Of a DNA stretch of 64,000 bases, positions 47,492 to 57,331 are shown piece by piece (position 1 is the stretch's first letter; every line of letters starts with the position of its first letter). A program made the position numbers and the translations under genes. Under the pieces are notes generated by a model. That model did no database searches. It saw only the letters and a program-made list of their open reading frames with translations, and was not told where the DNA came from. This stretch comes from Lentisphaerae bacterium GWF2_38_69 (GTDB lineage: Bacteria; Verrucomicrobiota; Lentisphaeria; Victivallales; GWF2-38-69). Location: NCBI GenBank assembly GCA_001803205.1, contig MHBE01000031.1, positions 15,238 to 79,237 on the forward strand, given 5' to 3'.

Positions 47492-47558
47492 GAATGAAGG
47501 AAAGTGTTCAGTTTTGAGTGTTGAGTTTTGAGTTAAAGCATTATAATTATATCAGTTA

Positions 47559-47628
47559 ACAACTGATAACTATCAACTGTTCTATGAATTTAAAATTTAA
47601 AATCTGCAATCTGAAATCTGTAATCCGT
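47559..47628 (+). repeat. 70-nt heptamer-periodic element spanning the arm-2 K-gene start codon
   Basis: ACAACTG ATAACTA TCAACTG TTCTATG AATTTAA AATTTAA AATCTGC AATCTGA AATCTGT AATCCGT. Confidence 0.8.
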
Positions 47629-49740
47629 CTTTCCCTATCCCCGAACCGCGAGCCACGAACCACGAGTTACGAATCAGGTATTTCCACAATAATAGCCATC
47701 GGAATTACCACTATGCTTCTGGGTATTGCCGTGGCCTTTGTCTCGACTTCAATTATAGAAAAAAAAGCCACTTCTAACAATATGGACATAAACACTGCTA
47801 GATTCATGGCTTATGCCGCGTATCAACGGGCAAAAGAGTCAATCATCAATTCGAACGCACTTTATCAGGATATTTATCCTGTTGATACAAGCAGGAATTT
47901 AGATGACGAAGAAAGAGCTGACCTTATAGCAAATTTGGAAACAGTCATTACCAGTAGTGAAACTACCGATACATACATTGTAACAGACACAGGTATTACA
48001 TGGTCTTATCAGCAATCTACTGATAATGAGCCAAATAGATGGCTGAGCCGCCTCTCGTATGCCGCAATGGCAGATCCTGATACTCCCGAAGCTAAAGAAG
48101 CATTCTGGATCCCGTCTTCAGCCTCTGATACTACAATAGATGATTCAGAACTCTACCACAGATTCGACCTTATGAATTATACATGGGATGAGGCTACTGT
48201 AACTTCATTTTTGGGGGGAGATACTATCAATTTTGATGACAATCCTGGTGCTACAACATCAACTGTTATTCCCTGGTTGAAAAACTGGGAAGATTTCGGG
48301 GATATGGGAAGCGCAACTGCAGCCAGAAACCAGATTATTGCTAATTTAATTGATTATTGTGACTCAGATAGTGCTGCTACGACTGACTATGATGGCGTAA
48401 CCTCGCCAACATATGTAGGCCTTGAAAAATGTCCTTATATAAATGAAATAGTGTTAAAATGCTATGTTTATGTGTCCTATGTGGGATCTTCAAGCGGTGG
48501 GCCAGGATTCAGATTGCGTCTTTATGTGACTCCTTCTGTCGAACAGGTAAATTTGTATGATGAATCAGCTTCTCAAAAAGTCGAAGTTGATGTGACTGCT
48601 ATGTATACAATAACTTTCTCTTGGTATAGTGGTTCCTGGCCCACTTGCGAAGAAAGTCTTGCAGCGACCTCGCCTGATACTACTGTTACAACAAATTCTA
48701 AAAGCTATAGCGCATCAACTATGGAAGAATTTTATGGAGCGACAGTTAGTTCAGTATCTGACAATATTTTTTTTCAGGTATCAAGCTTTAGAATTACAAA
48801 TATCACAGTTAAGCTATTTGACTCCAGTAATAATTTGCAGGATTATTCCATAGTTTTAGATTCGCCAGTGACATGTGATGAAGCAAATGTTTCTGGAGGT
48901 TTTGGACATTCTGCTACATCACCTGTGTTTTTTCTCAGATATGAAGCAAATGACTCTCGACAGAATTTGCTCTCAAACGACTGGACATATTCTACTACAG
49001 ATTCTTCTTTAGGTTCTGACAACTCAAATTTTAATCCAAATCCCGGAGGAGACACAGATGCAGAACCAACCGCAACTCATCCCTGGGAAATTTCCACTGC
49101 TTATATTGCCGATACCAATATGCAGTCGGCAGCAGAACTTGGATATATTCACAGGGCTAAAGCATTTCAGACTATCAATCTTAAGACATTCAATGATACT
49201 GAAGGGTTGCTAGATACCGCAGGGGGAAATGCCTATGCTGACGGAGATGCCAATATCCTGGATCAGGTTAAACTAGACACTGATATTTCTCGAAACGAAT
49301 ATATCAATCTTAACTCTAGGGACAGATATCTTTTTTCCTCATTAACTGAACTCTATGGAGAAGGAATATCGACAGAAACGGCTGTTAGCGCTTTAAATAT
49401 TGCCAGACCCTTGGCTCTTTATCAGTCAAGAGCATCCATTCTTGCAAATTCAGATTTGGCAGATGTGCCTTTGGAACTTTCATCAATTCTTTATCCTGTC
49501 CAGGAAACTGACACGGAAAGGGAACAAGTTATAGGTGATGTGATAACAGGTTGTGAAGCGATGAATCAATCCTATTTCATAATTGGATTAGGGGAATCTT
49601 TCAGAGATGTAGTTAATTATAAGCAGTACGATGCAGATATTGATATCGTTTCTTCCTCTCAGAAAGTCCTCACCAAAATGCAGAAAACAATAGGATCTGA
49701 TTCTAGCAAGGTAGTAGAATTCCAGTATCTATCAGATTAA
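47584..49740 (+). CDS. Giant GspK/PilX-like minor pseudopilin (arm 2)
   Basis: Leader MNLKFKICNLKSVIR...SYESG, then ISTIIAIGITTMLLGIAVAFVSTS. IIANLIDYCDSDS...YVGLEKCPYINE and ELGYIHRAKAF blocks. 718 aa. Confidence 0.65.
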   Translation: MNLKFKICNLKSVIRLSLSPNREPRTTSYESGISTIIAIGITTMLLGIAVAFVSTSIIEKKATSNNMDINTARFMAYAAYQRAKESIINSNALYQDIYPVDTSRNLDDEERADLIANLETVITSSETTDTYIVTDTGITWSYQQSTDNEPNRWLSRLSYAAMADPDTPEAKEAFWIPSSASDTTIDDSELYHRFDLMNYTWDEATVTSFLGGDTINFDDNPGATTSTVIPWLKNWEDFGDMGSATAARNQIIANLIDYCDSDSAATTDYDGVTSPTYVGLEKCPYINEIVLKCYVYVSYVGSSSGGPGFRLRLYVTPSVEQVNLYDESASQKVEVDVTAMYTITFSWYSGSWPTCEESLAATSPDTTVTTNSKSYSASTMEEFYGATVSSVSDNIFFQVSSFRITNITVKLFDSSNNLQDYSIVLDSPVTCDEANVSGGFGHSATSPVFFLRYEANDSRQNLLSNDWTYSTTDSSLGSDNSNFNPNPGGDTDAEPTATHPWEISTAYIADTNMQSAAELGYIHRAKAFQTINLKTFNDTEGLLDTAGGNAYADGDANILDQVKLDTDISRNEYINLNSRDRYLFSSLTELYGEGISTETAVSALNIARPLALYQSRASILANSDLADVPLELSSILYPVQETDTEREQVIGDVITGCEAMNQSYFIIGLGESFRDVVNYKQYDADIDIVSSSQKVLTKMQKTIGSDSSKVVEFQYLSD

Positions 49741-49764
49741 GAATTTAAAATATTATATTTATTA

Positions 49765-50391
49765 GTGCTTAAAATTGAAAAAATTGGACAAGTAAAGTCA
49801 CTATTGAAAGTGACTTTTGACAATGGCTCATCCTTGCTGTTCTTGCCTGATATCGTATATGGAAGAAGCCTTAAAGAAGGAAATTCATACGAAGAATCAG
49901 TAATAAATGCCTTGATTGCGCAAAACGATGAAAGCCTCTGTTTTCAATCTTTGCTGAAGATTCTGAAAACAAGGATGCACTCGACCGGAGAACTAAGACG
50001 AAAACTTGCAGCTAAAAAGTTTAACTTTTCCTTAATTGAACACGCTATACAAAAAGCTTTGGAGACAGGAGTTACCAGGGACGAGAATGCTGCTGAGTGC
50101 TATAAAAACGAACTTTCTGCTAAAGGCTACGGCTCTTTCAGGATCAGGGACGCGATGAGAAGGAAAGGCTTCTCTGAAGATATAATTGATAATTTTATCA
50201 CAACAGATACTTCTGCTTCTGATGAGGAAAACGAAAATGCTAAAAGGATATTCGAGAAAAAGCTCGCATCTCTTAAAAAAGATAAATCGCTTCTTAAGCA
50301 TAAACTAAGAGAGAAACTTTTTCGGTTCATGCAAAGTAAAGGGTATTCTTCGGAAACTATTTTATCTCTAATAAAGGACTTTTCTGATTAG
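49765..50391 (+). CDS. recX: RecX-like regulatory protein
   Basis: 208 aa with a GTG start. Three-helix-repeat pattern (...SLCFQSLLKILKTRMHSTGELRRKL...GYGSFRIRDAMRRKGF...LFRFMQSKGYS) typical of RecX. Confidence 0.7.
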   Translation: MLKIEKIGQVKSLLKVTFDNGSSLLFLPDIVYGRSLKEGNSYEESVINALIAQNDESLCFQSLLKILKTRMHSTGELRRKLAAKKFNFSLIEHAIQKALETGVTRDENAAECYKNELSAKGYGSFRIRDAMRRKGFSEDIIDNFITTDTSASDEENENAKRIFEKKLASLKKDKSLLKHKLREKLFRFMQSKGYSSETILSLIKDFSD

Positions 50392-50467
50392 GGATTAGAC
50401 TTTCTTACTCTCAGATGTAATTTTTGTTTTCCTTTTATTTAGAATTTTACAATCACATTTATTTTCA

Positions 50468-52276
50468 ATGGATAAAAATTATATTCGAAACTTCTCAATC
50501 GTAGCACATATTGATCATGGTAAATCCACTCTAGCGGACAGATTTCTTGAAGCTACAAATGCGATAGACAAAAGAGACATTCAGGCTCAGGTTCTCGATA
50601 GTATGGATCTTGAGAGAGAAAGAGGTATCACAATTAAATCGCATCCGGTCAGAATGACTTACAAAGCTTCCGACGGAAAGGTGTATGAATTTAACCTTAT
50701 TGACACTCCCGGTCATGTGGACTTTACTTACGAGGTCAGCAGATCTCTGGCTGCCTGCGAAGGAGCCCTCCTTCTTGTCGATGCTGCCCAGGGTATTCAG
50801 GCTCAGACTGTAGCCAATGCAAAACTTGCGATGAAGCAAAAACTTGTCATTATACCAGTTATCAATAAGATTGATCTTCCTTCAGCCAATATTGACCTTT
50901 GCTATCAGCAACTGGAAGAGGTTCTTGCTATTCCGAGAGAAGAAGTGATACTTACCAGCGCAAAGGATGGAACAGGCGTTATTGAAATCCTCGAAACTGT
51001 CGTTAAAAGAGTTCCTCCTCCCATGACTTCTTCTGATATAAAAGGAACTAATGCTCTTATCTTTGATTCTCAGTACAACGCCTACAGAGGTGTCGTTAAT
51101 TATGTGAAAGTTGAGAAAGGTTTCCTGAAACGAGGCCACAAAATCCGTCTCTTCAGCAATGATCTGGAGAGCGATATAAAGGAAGTAGGATATTTTAAGC
51201 CCGGCGGAATGGTTCCTCTTGAAGAACTAACTGAAGGTTCAGTAGGTTATGTGATTCCCAATATAAAATCTCCAGCTGACACAAAAATAGGTGATACGAT
51301 AACAAGAATAGACGACCTTTCACTGCGCCAGCTTCCGGGATTCAAGGAAATAAAACCCTTGGTTTTCAGCGGAATATATCCTATAGATACAGCAGATTAT
51401 GAACAACTTAAGTTCAGTATGGCAAAACTGCAGCTCAATGATTCAGCTTTTATTTACCAGGCAGAAAGCTGTGTAGCCCTTGGTTTCGGATTCAGATGCG
51501 GTTTTCTCGGCCTTCTGCATATGGAAATTATTCAGGAAAGACTTCGCAGAGAGTACGACATGGATATCATTGCTACTTACCCCAGCGTAGTTTACAGAGT
51601 TTTTCCAAAAAGCGGGGATATGATGCTCATTGATAATCCGATTCATCTGCCTGATCCGACACTGATAGAGAGAATCGAAGAGCCTCTTATAAAGGCCAGC
51701 ATAATGATCCCGAATATTTACATCGGAGAGGTGATGAATCTCGTCATGCATAAGAGAGGTGAATGCCAATGCACAGAATCCGTTGATGGAAATCATGTGA
51801 TTATTACTGCAATTCTTCCTCTTCACGAGATACTTATAGATTTTCATGACAAACTCAAATCATGTACAAAAGGTTACGGGAGCATGGATTATGAAGAATC
51901 CGGTTATAGAGCTGACGATATGGTAAAACTTGATATACTTGTTCACGGTGAACCGGTTGATGCCTTTTCCTCGATAGTTCACAGAAGCTTTGCAGAATAT
52001 AGAGGAAGACAAATTGCCGAAAAACTCAAAGATGTTATTCCTCCGCAAATGTTCCAGGTGCCTATTCAGGCCGCCATAGGAGGAAAAGTCATCGCCAGGG
52101 AAACTGTCCGGCAGTTGAGGAAGAATGTTCTTGCCAAATGTTACGGAGGAGATATTACGCGTAAGAGGAAACTCCTTGAAAAACAGAAAGAGGGCAAGAA
52201 AAAGATGAAACAGGTCGGTAAAGTCAACATTCCACAGGAAGCATTCGTAGAAATTCTAAAATCTGATACAAACTGA
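50468..52276 (+). CDS. lepA: Elongation factor 4 (translational GTPase LepA)
   Basis: IRNFSIVAHIDHGKSTLADR, DTPGHVDF and NKID G-motifs, with the LepA-specific C-terminus ...AKCYGGDITRKRKLLEKQKEGKKKMK. Confidence 0.95.
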   Translation: MDKNYIRNFSIVAHIDHGKSTLADRFLEATNAIDKRDIQAQVLDSMDLERERGITIKSHPVRMTYKASDGKVYEFNLIDTPGHVDFTYEVSRSLAACEGALLLVDAAQGIQAQTVANAKLAMKQKLVIIPVINKIDLPSANIDLCYQQLEEVLAIPREEVILTSAKDGTGVIEILETVVKRVPPPMTSSDIKGTNALIFDSQYNAYRGVVNYVKVEKGFLKRGHKIRLFSNDLESDIKEVGYFKPGGMVPLEELTEGSVGYVIPNIKSPADTKIGDTITRIDDLSLRQLPGFKEIKPLVFSGIYPIDTADYEQLKFSMAKLQLNDSAFIYQAESCVALGFGFRCGFLGLLHMEIIQERLRREYDMDIIATYPSVVYRVFPKSGDMMLIDNPIHLPDPTLIERIEEPLIKASIMIPNIYIGEVMNLVMHKRGECQCTESVDGNHVIITAILPLHEILIDFHDKLKSCTKGYGSMDYEESGYRADDMVKLDILVHGEPVDAFSSIVHRSFAEYRGRQIAEKLKDVIPPQMFQVPIQAAIGGKVIARETVRQLRKNVLAKCYGGDITRKRKLLEKQKEGKKKMKQVGKVNIPQEAFVEILKSDTN

Positions 52277-53481
52277 TGTTAATAAAATATTTTAAAAACA
52301 GGCGCATAAAGAAGGAGCATTCTCATTTCCGTAAAAGAATCGAATCGCTTTTAAAAAGAGATGATGATATTTTTTCAGATTCCGAGAAGAACAGTTTAAT
52401 TGAAATTGCCGGAAAAGCGGCATTGTTGAAAACTTTTGATAATTCGAGAGCAGAAAAAGAATACAATAATTTGTCGAATAAACTGATTAAGCTTTTTCCA
52501 GAAAAGAGATTTAAGTTCATAAGAGAATATGCGGAAATCCTGGTTGTGGCTCTAACTGTGGCATTTGGCGTCAGGGCTCTCTATACACAACCCTTCAAAA
52601 TTCCCACGAGCAGCATGCAGCCTACACTTTTCGGTATACATTATGTGAATAAACCTGTAATTCCCAATATTCCTCAACCTCTTAATTATCTCCTTTTTTC
52701 TACTTTGAGAGCAGATTTGACAGTTCAGCAGAATGGGGCTTTTCAAGGTATCTATCCTCCATTTGATAAGTTCTTTATATTCCCGTGGACAGCATTACAG
52801 ATAGGTGGCATGAAATATGAACTTCCCGGCGCTCCACAGAAAGTCACAGAATACTGTTTTGGCAAATTCCAGCAGATGCCTGAAACTTTTAAACCTGGAG
52901 ATGTCCTGTGCGATGGATGGCTGTCTGACGGAGATCATCTTTTTGTAAACCGTTTGGCATACCATTTTTCAGAACCAGCCAGAGGCGACATTATTGTATT
53001 TACTACAAATGACTTGTATAACGATTCAACCGGCGAACCACTTTCTAGAATAGGATATTATTATGTAAAGAGGCTCGTAGGAATGCCAGGAGATACATTA
53101 AAGATAGAAAACAGCATGTTAATGGTAAAACCTAAGGGGAGCGATAAGTTTGTACCAATTACAAGTTTTGGTGTAGAAGCCTTCAAACGAGTATATTCTG
53201 GAAAGGGAGGATATCAACCTTATCTTCCTGTAGGAAGGCTTGCATTAGGTTCGGAGGTTAAAATCCCTGAAAAATCTTATTTTATGATGGGAGACAATAC
53301 TCTCTGGAGCGCGGACAGCAGATATTGGGGTTTTGTCCCAAGAGCAAACATTGTTGGAAAAGCTTCCTTTGTTTTCTGGCCTTTGTCTAGAAGGTTCGGT
53401 ATTACAGATTCAAGAAATGAACTCGATGTGCCTACTTCAGTCGGCCCAAACGGTTACATCAAAGCAATGACCCTTCAATAA
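52276..53481 (+). CDS. lepB: Signal peptidase I
   Basis: PTSSMQPTL (catalytic Ser), VKRLVGMPGD and GDNTLWSADSRYWGFVP motifs. ATGA overlap with lepA. Confidence 0.85.
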   Translation: MLIKYFKNRRIKKEHSHFRKRIESLLKRDDDIFSDSEKNSLIEIAGKAALLKTFDNSRAEKEYNNLSNKLIKLFPEKRFKFIREYAEILVVALTVAFGVRALYTQPFKIPTSSMQPTLFGIHYVNKPVIPNIPQPLNYLLFSTLRADLTVQQNGAFQGIYPPFDKFFIFPWTALQIGGMKYELPGAPQKVTEYCFGKFQQMPETFKPGDVLCDGWLSDGDHLFVNRLAYHFSEPARGDIIVFTTNDLYNDSTGEPLSRIGYYYVKRLVGMPGDTLKIENSMLMVKPKGSDKFVPITSFGVEAFKRVYSGKGGYQPYLPVGRLALGSEVKIPEKSYFMMGDNTLWSADSRYWGFVPRANIVGKASFVFWPLSRRFGITDSRNELDVPTSVGPNGYIKAMTLQ

Positions 53482-53602
53482 GACTCAATATCGAAATAAA
53501 TCAGGATGCACAAAAGTTACAATATTTTCATGCGCACTCGTTTTGGGTTTAAAGTTTCAACTTCTGATATTGTTATAAATTTAGGTTTTAAATAAGAAAG
53601 AT

Positions 53603-55360
53603 ATGCAGCTTAAAAGCACATTCAGAGAAAATGAAGCACATTTCATCTCTTTTAAGTTTCTTATTTTAAAGCTGATTATCCTTTTCCTATCGGGATCTAT
53701 CTTCTCTCTGGCATTTCCTGCTTACAGTATAAGTTTTTTAGGATGGATAGGTGTTATCCCTCTTTACTTATTTATTAAAGATTTAAGATGTTACAAATCT
53801 TTTCTTTATGGATTTGTATGGGGATATGGATGGGCAATAGCTTCGTTTTTCTGGTTAAGAAGCATCGAACCTTTTATTCCCTATGTTATGGGACTGGTGC
53901 TTGCTATGTTTCCTGCAGTATGGGCCTTTCTTGTATCAATAACCAGAAAGAATATTCTCATCCCAAATCCAATAAGATTGCTTGGATATACTGAATCAAA
54001 AAAATATCTGATTGAAAACAGGCTTCATTTTAAGAAAGTATGTGCAGTTTTGGTTTTCAGCGCTTTCTGGTGTTTTCTCGAATGGACGAGAAGCTGGATA
54101 TTCACTGGTTTGCCTTGGAATTATCTGGCAGTTACCCAGTATCAGCATCCTATAATGATTCAAATATCTTCCTGCACAGGCAATTACGGTGTGAGTTTTG
54201 TGGTAATTTTTACAAATATCGCAATAGCTGAATTTATTATATCTCTATTTAACTCTATTAAATACAAACTTGCCTATTACATACCTTTAGTTATCTATGC
54301 TGCCTTATTCATTATTATTCTAAACGCTGCATTTGGCTATCTTGCTATCAGAAAATTTAATAATTCAAAAACTGAAGATATAAAACTGAAAGCCCTTCTA
54401 GTCCAGGGAGATATCCCGCAAATAAGGTACTATTCAGCTCAACAGGCAATGGATGCCCTAACAGTTTACTCTAAGTATTCAGAGAAACTGCTATCAAAAA
54501 AACCCGATATACTTATCTGGCCTGAAAGCGCTGTTCCTCAGCCACTTTTCAGTGGTGATTTCTTAAGCCTTGAATACCGTTCCACTATTTCCAATCTAAT
54601 ACAAAAATACCATGTGCCGATTCTGCTTGGAACAATCTACTACTATAAATCAGCTTATTCTGAAGACTATAATGCTTATAATAGCGCTGTTTATATAAAC
54701 AGAGAAGATAAACTTGAAGCAGTTTACAACAAGATTCATCTTGTCCCATGGGGAGAATACACCCCCGGAGAAAACACTTTTCCTCTTAATTACATTTATC
54801 CCTGGATTAAAGATAAGTTTGGAATGGGAAGATCGCTTACGCCAGGTAACTCAAGCACCATATTCAATATCAAGGATGGAATTAGAGCCTCAGTCCTGAT
54901 CTGTTTTGAGGATTCATATTCTTATATTGCCCGAAGACATGTTCTGAATGGATCAAATTTACTTATTACAATAACAAATGATGCCTGGTTCCCTGACACA
55001 AATGAACCCTCTCAGCATCTCGCCGAAGCTGTCTTCAGGTCTGTAGAAACCAGAAGAACAATGATCCGTTCGGGCAATAACAGCGGAACATGTATAATTA
55101 ACCCTCTGGGCATAATTACAGAGTCGATTTTTTCTGAACAATCAGGAGACACCAGAATTTTGCTTCCTGACAAACAGGGCAGGGGAGCAGTTATTTTCGA
55201 TGTACCTGTAAACAAGAATCCACCACTCTCGTTCTATACAAAATATGGAGATAAATTCATATTGTTAATGAATCTTATAGCCTTATTCGGACTTATCTGG
55301 GGTTTTTTACAATGGAAAGAACGCAAGATGAAACTATACAGCTTAATAACTAAAGCATAG
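53603..55360 (+). CDS. lnt: Apolipoprotein N-acyltransferase
   Basis: 585 aa. Multi-TM N-terminal half plus a C-terminal nitrilase/CN-hydrolase domain (IWPESAVP, YNKIHLVPWGEY, VLICFED). Confidence 0.85.
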   Translation: MQLKSTFRENEAHFISFKFLILKLIILFLSGSIFSLAFPAYSISFLGWIGVIPLYLFIKDLRCYKSFLYGFVWGYGWAIASFFWLRSIEPFIPYVMGLVLAMFPAVWAFLVSITRKNILIPNPIRLLGYTESKKYLIENRLHFKKVCAVLVFSAFWCFLEWTRSWIFTGLPWNYLAVTQYQHPIMIQISSCTGNYGVSFVVIFTNIAIAEFIISLFNSIKYKLAYYIPLVIYAALFIIILNAAFGYLAIRKFNNSKTEDIKLKALLVQGDIPQIRYYSAQQAMDALTVYSKYSEKLLSKKPDILIWPESAVPQPLFSGDFLSLEYRSTISNLIQKYHVPILLGTIYYYKSAYSEDYNAYNSAVYINREDKLEAVYNKIHLVPWGEYTPGENTFPLNYIYPWIKDKFGMGRSLTPGNSSTIFNIKDGIRASVLICFEDSYSYIARRHVLNGSNLLITITNDAWFPDTNEPSQHLAEAVFRSVETRRTMIRSGNNSGTCIINPLGIITESIFSEQSGDTRILLPDKQGRGAVIFDVPVNKNPPLSFYTKYGDKFILLMNLIALFGLIWGFLQWKERKMKLYSLITKA

Positions 55361-55389
55361 ATGACAAAGATATAAACTGTAATGCATCA

Positions 55390-56230
55390 TCATGCTTTTA
55401 ATTTTAAACCGCTGACTACAATTTTGGGATAAACAACTATGTCAGTTTTTGATTTATTCACTTTTTTAAGATAAAACAAAAGCTCATCATAGTCTTTCCT
55501 TGTGAAATATTCAGGATCAACTTTATGGGAAAAAAGGCCATACATGCCAAATAAATTGAAAAACTGTCTCTGTGTGAGAGTAAATGATGACCACCAGGTC
55601 TTCACTTCAAAATGAATCTCTTTAAACCCGGCTTTTCCAAGAAGAGAGGGAAGTTTTTACCTATTGAATAGTCTGCGCCGTATTGTTCGAATTCCTTTCT
55701 ATGAACATTGAAATTTTTTTTTATCAAAGGGGTATCTGGATAAGAGTAGATCCAGTCATAATCAAGGTCTATTATACCTATTCTTGAATTGTCTTTTAAG
55801 GCATTGCGTGCCCAGGCTAAAAGTTTATCCTTGTCAGGAGAGCAGTATATTGCAAGACGCGCCATAATAAAACCGTATTTCTCATTAAGATCAAAATCAT
55901 CAGGACATCTGCCATGAATAAATTGAACATTGGAAAGGTTCATTTTTTTGCAGTATGTTGGGCTCGGGTAATTCGTTCTTTATTCGTTTCAATCCCAATA
56001 AACTGTTTTTCAGGATGACGCTCTGCCATTCTGCATAAAAAAGCTCCATTGCCTGTTCCAATATCCAGATTTTTTTTTGCAAGGATCAAACCATGCCGTT
56101 CAAGGGCTTCTGCTTCTGTCGGCCATGAACATTCGGCTTGAAGGGAAAGAATATGATCACTAAGGTTGCATAGACTGTATCTCTCCGGATCTTCAAAAAA
56201 TGTATTCACAATCTCTTCTTTTCTTGCCAT
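55390..56230 (-). pseudogene. Class I SAM-dependent methyltransferase split into three ORFs by two frameshifts at poly-A runs
   Basis: ORFs 55940..56230 (LDIGTGNGAF motif I), 55602..55943 and 55390..55605 are collinear parts of one methyltransferase. The junctions lie at T7 55943-55949 and T5 54-58 (55654-55658). Adding one base to each run restores a single frame. Confidence 0.7.
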
Positions 56231-56253
56231 AAACTAATACTATAATGATTTAA

Positions 56254-56997
56254 TCAATCCTTCTGAGCTATGATAATCAGGCGATTAGAACTTATGCCGT
56301 ACTCACTGCCGTTCAAACTGCCAAGCAGGCTGATTTTTTTAAATCCTGCATCCTCGAGATGTCTCTTTAATTCTTGTCCGGAGTAGAGCCAATGATCCAG
56401 ATGCATGTGCCGGACATCATGGTCTTTTATCAGTATCCAATGATTTCTTATTCTTCCCCAGCTGTCCGTAATATGATGTTTCTGAACTAAAAGAGTTCCA
56501 TCAGGCAAAGTTTCGCTGATCGTATCCCTATACATTTTTGCAACTATTTCTTTTCCCATTAAATCCATAATGAAAAATCCTTTACTCTTCAATGAACGAA
56601 AGATATTCGATAACATTTCAAGGTCATCGCTCTGATTCTCAGAGTATCCGAAAGAAGTGTACATATTTATGACAAGATCATAATAATCCGGCCTTATAAA
56701 TTTCCTGGCATCCTGAAGAATCCATTCTACTTCTACTTTTTCTTTTAAGGCTTCAGCTTTGGCTTTTTCCAGATATATGGATGTGGTATCGACACCGGTA
56801 ACGGAAAAACCGTTTTTAGCAAACTGGATTGAATGCCGTCCAATTCCGCAGCATAAGTCCAGTACCATTCCATCATTTTTACCCGTAAGATTTAGTATTG
56901 CCTGAACTTCATCCGCAGCGGCTGCAATTCTCTTTTCAGAAAAAAGAAACGGTTCTAGAGCTTTCCACAAATCTTCATTTTTAAACCATTCTTTCAT
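56254..56997 (-). CDS. Class I SAM-dependent methyltransferase
   Basis: 247 aa. Motif I VLDLCCGIGRHS, followed by the acidic loop VTGVDTT and INMYTSFGY. Confidence 0.85.
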   Translation of the reverse strand: MKEWFKNEDLWKALEPFLFSEKRIAAAADEVQAILNLTGKNDGMVLDLCCGIGRHSIQFAKNGFSVTGVDTTSIYLEKAKAEALKEKVEVEWILQDARKFIRPDYYDLVINMYTSFGYSENQSDDLEMLSNIFRSLKSKGFFIMDLMGKEIVAKMYRDTISETLPDGTLLVQKHHITDSWGRIRNHWILIKDHDVRHMHLDHWLYSGQELKRHLEDAGFKKISLLGSLNGSEYGISSNRLIIIAQKD

Positions 56998-57331
56998 TTT
57001 TCATCTCTTGGTATCTGTCAAACTGATCAAAAAATGTCATATCCGCATATCCTGCATAAATCCTGGCCGAATGTTTGATGCCTTTTGGAATAAAATATCT
57101 GTCGCCTTTTACAAAAACATGGTTGGTGCCAGCTATCGTTAGTTCAATTTTGCCTTCTAGAATCACTCCCCATTGACGTTCATGAGAATGCTCAGGTAAA
57201 AAAACATCCTGGCTAAACTCCATAAAAAGAATCTGATGTTTTGCTCCTTGAGAAAGAAATGCTTCCAGACCTTGAATCGGAATATCAGCTTTGGGCAACC
57301 TTGAAATAGGTTCCAGAAATATCTTGTTCAT
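56981..57331 (-). CDS. Cupin-domain protein
   Basis: 116 aa with LPEHSHERQWGVILEGK...GDRYFIPKGIKH cupin motifs. Confidence 0.7.
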   Translation of the reverse strand: MNKIFLEPISRLPKADIPIQGLEAFLSQGAKHQILFMEFSQDVFLPEHSHERQWGVILEGKIELTIAGTNHVFVKGDRYFIPKGIKHSARIYAGYADMTFFDQFDRYQEMKNERMV

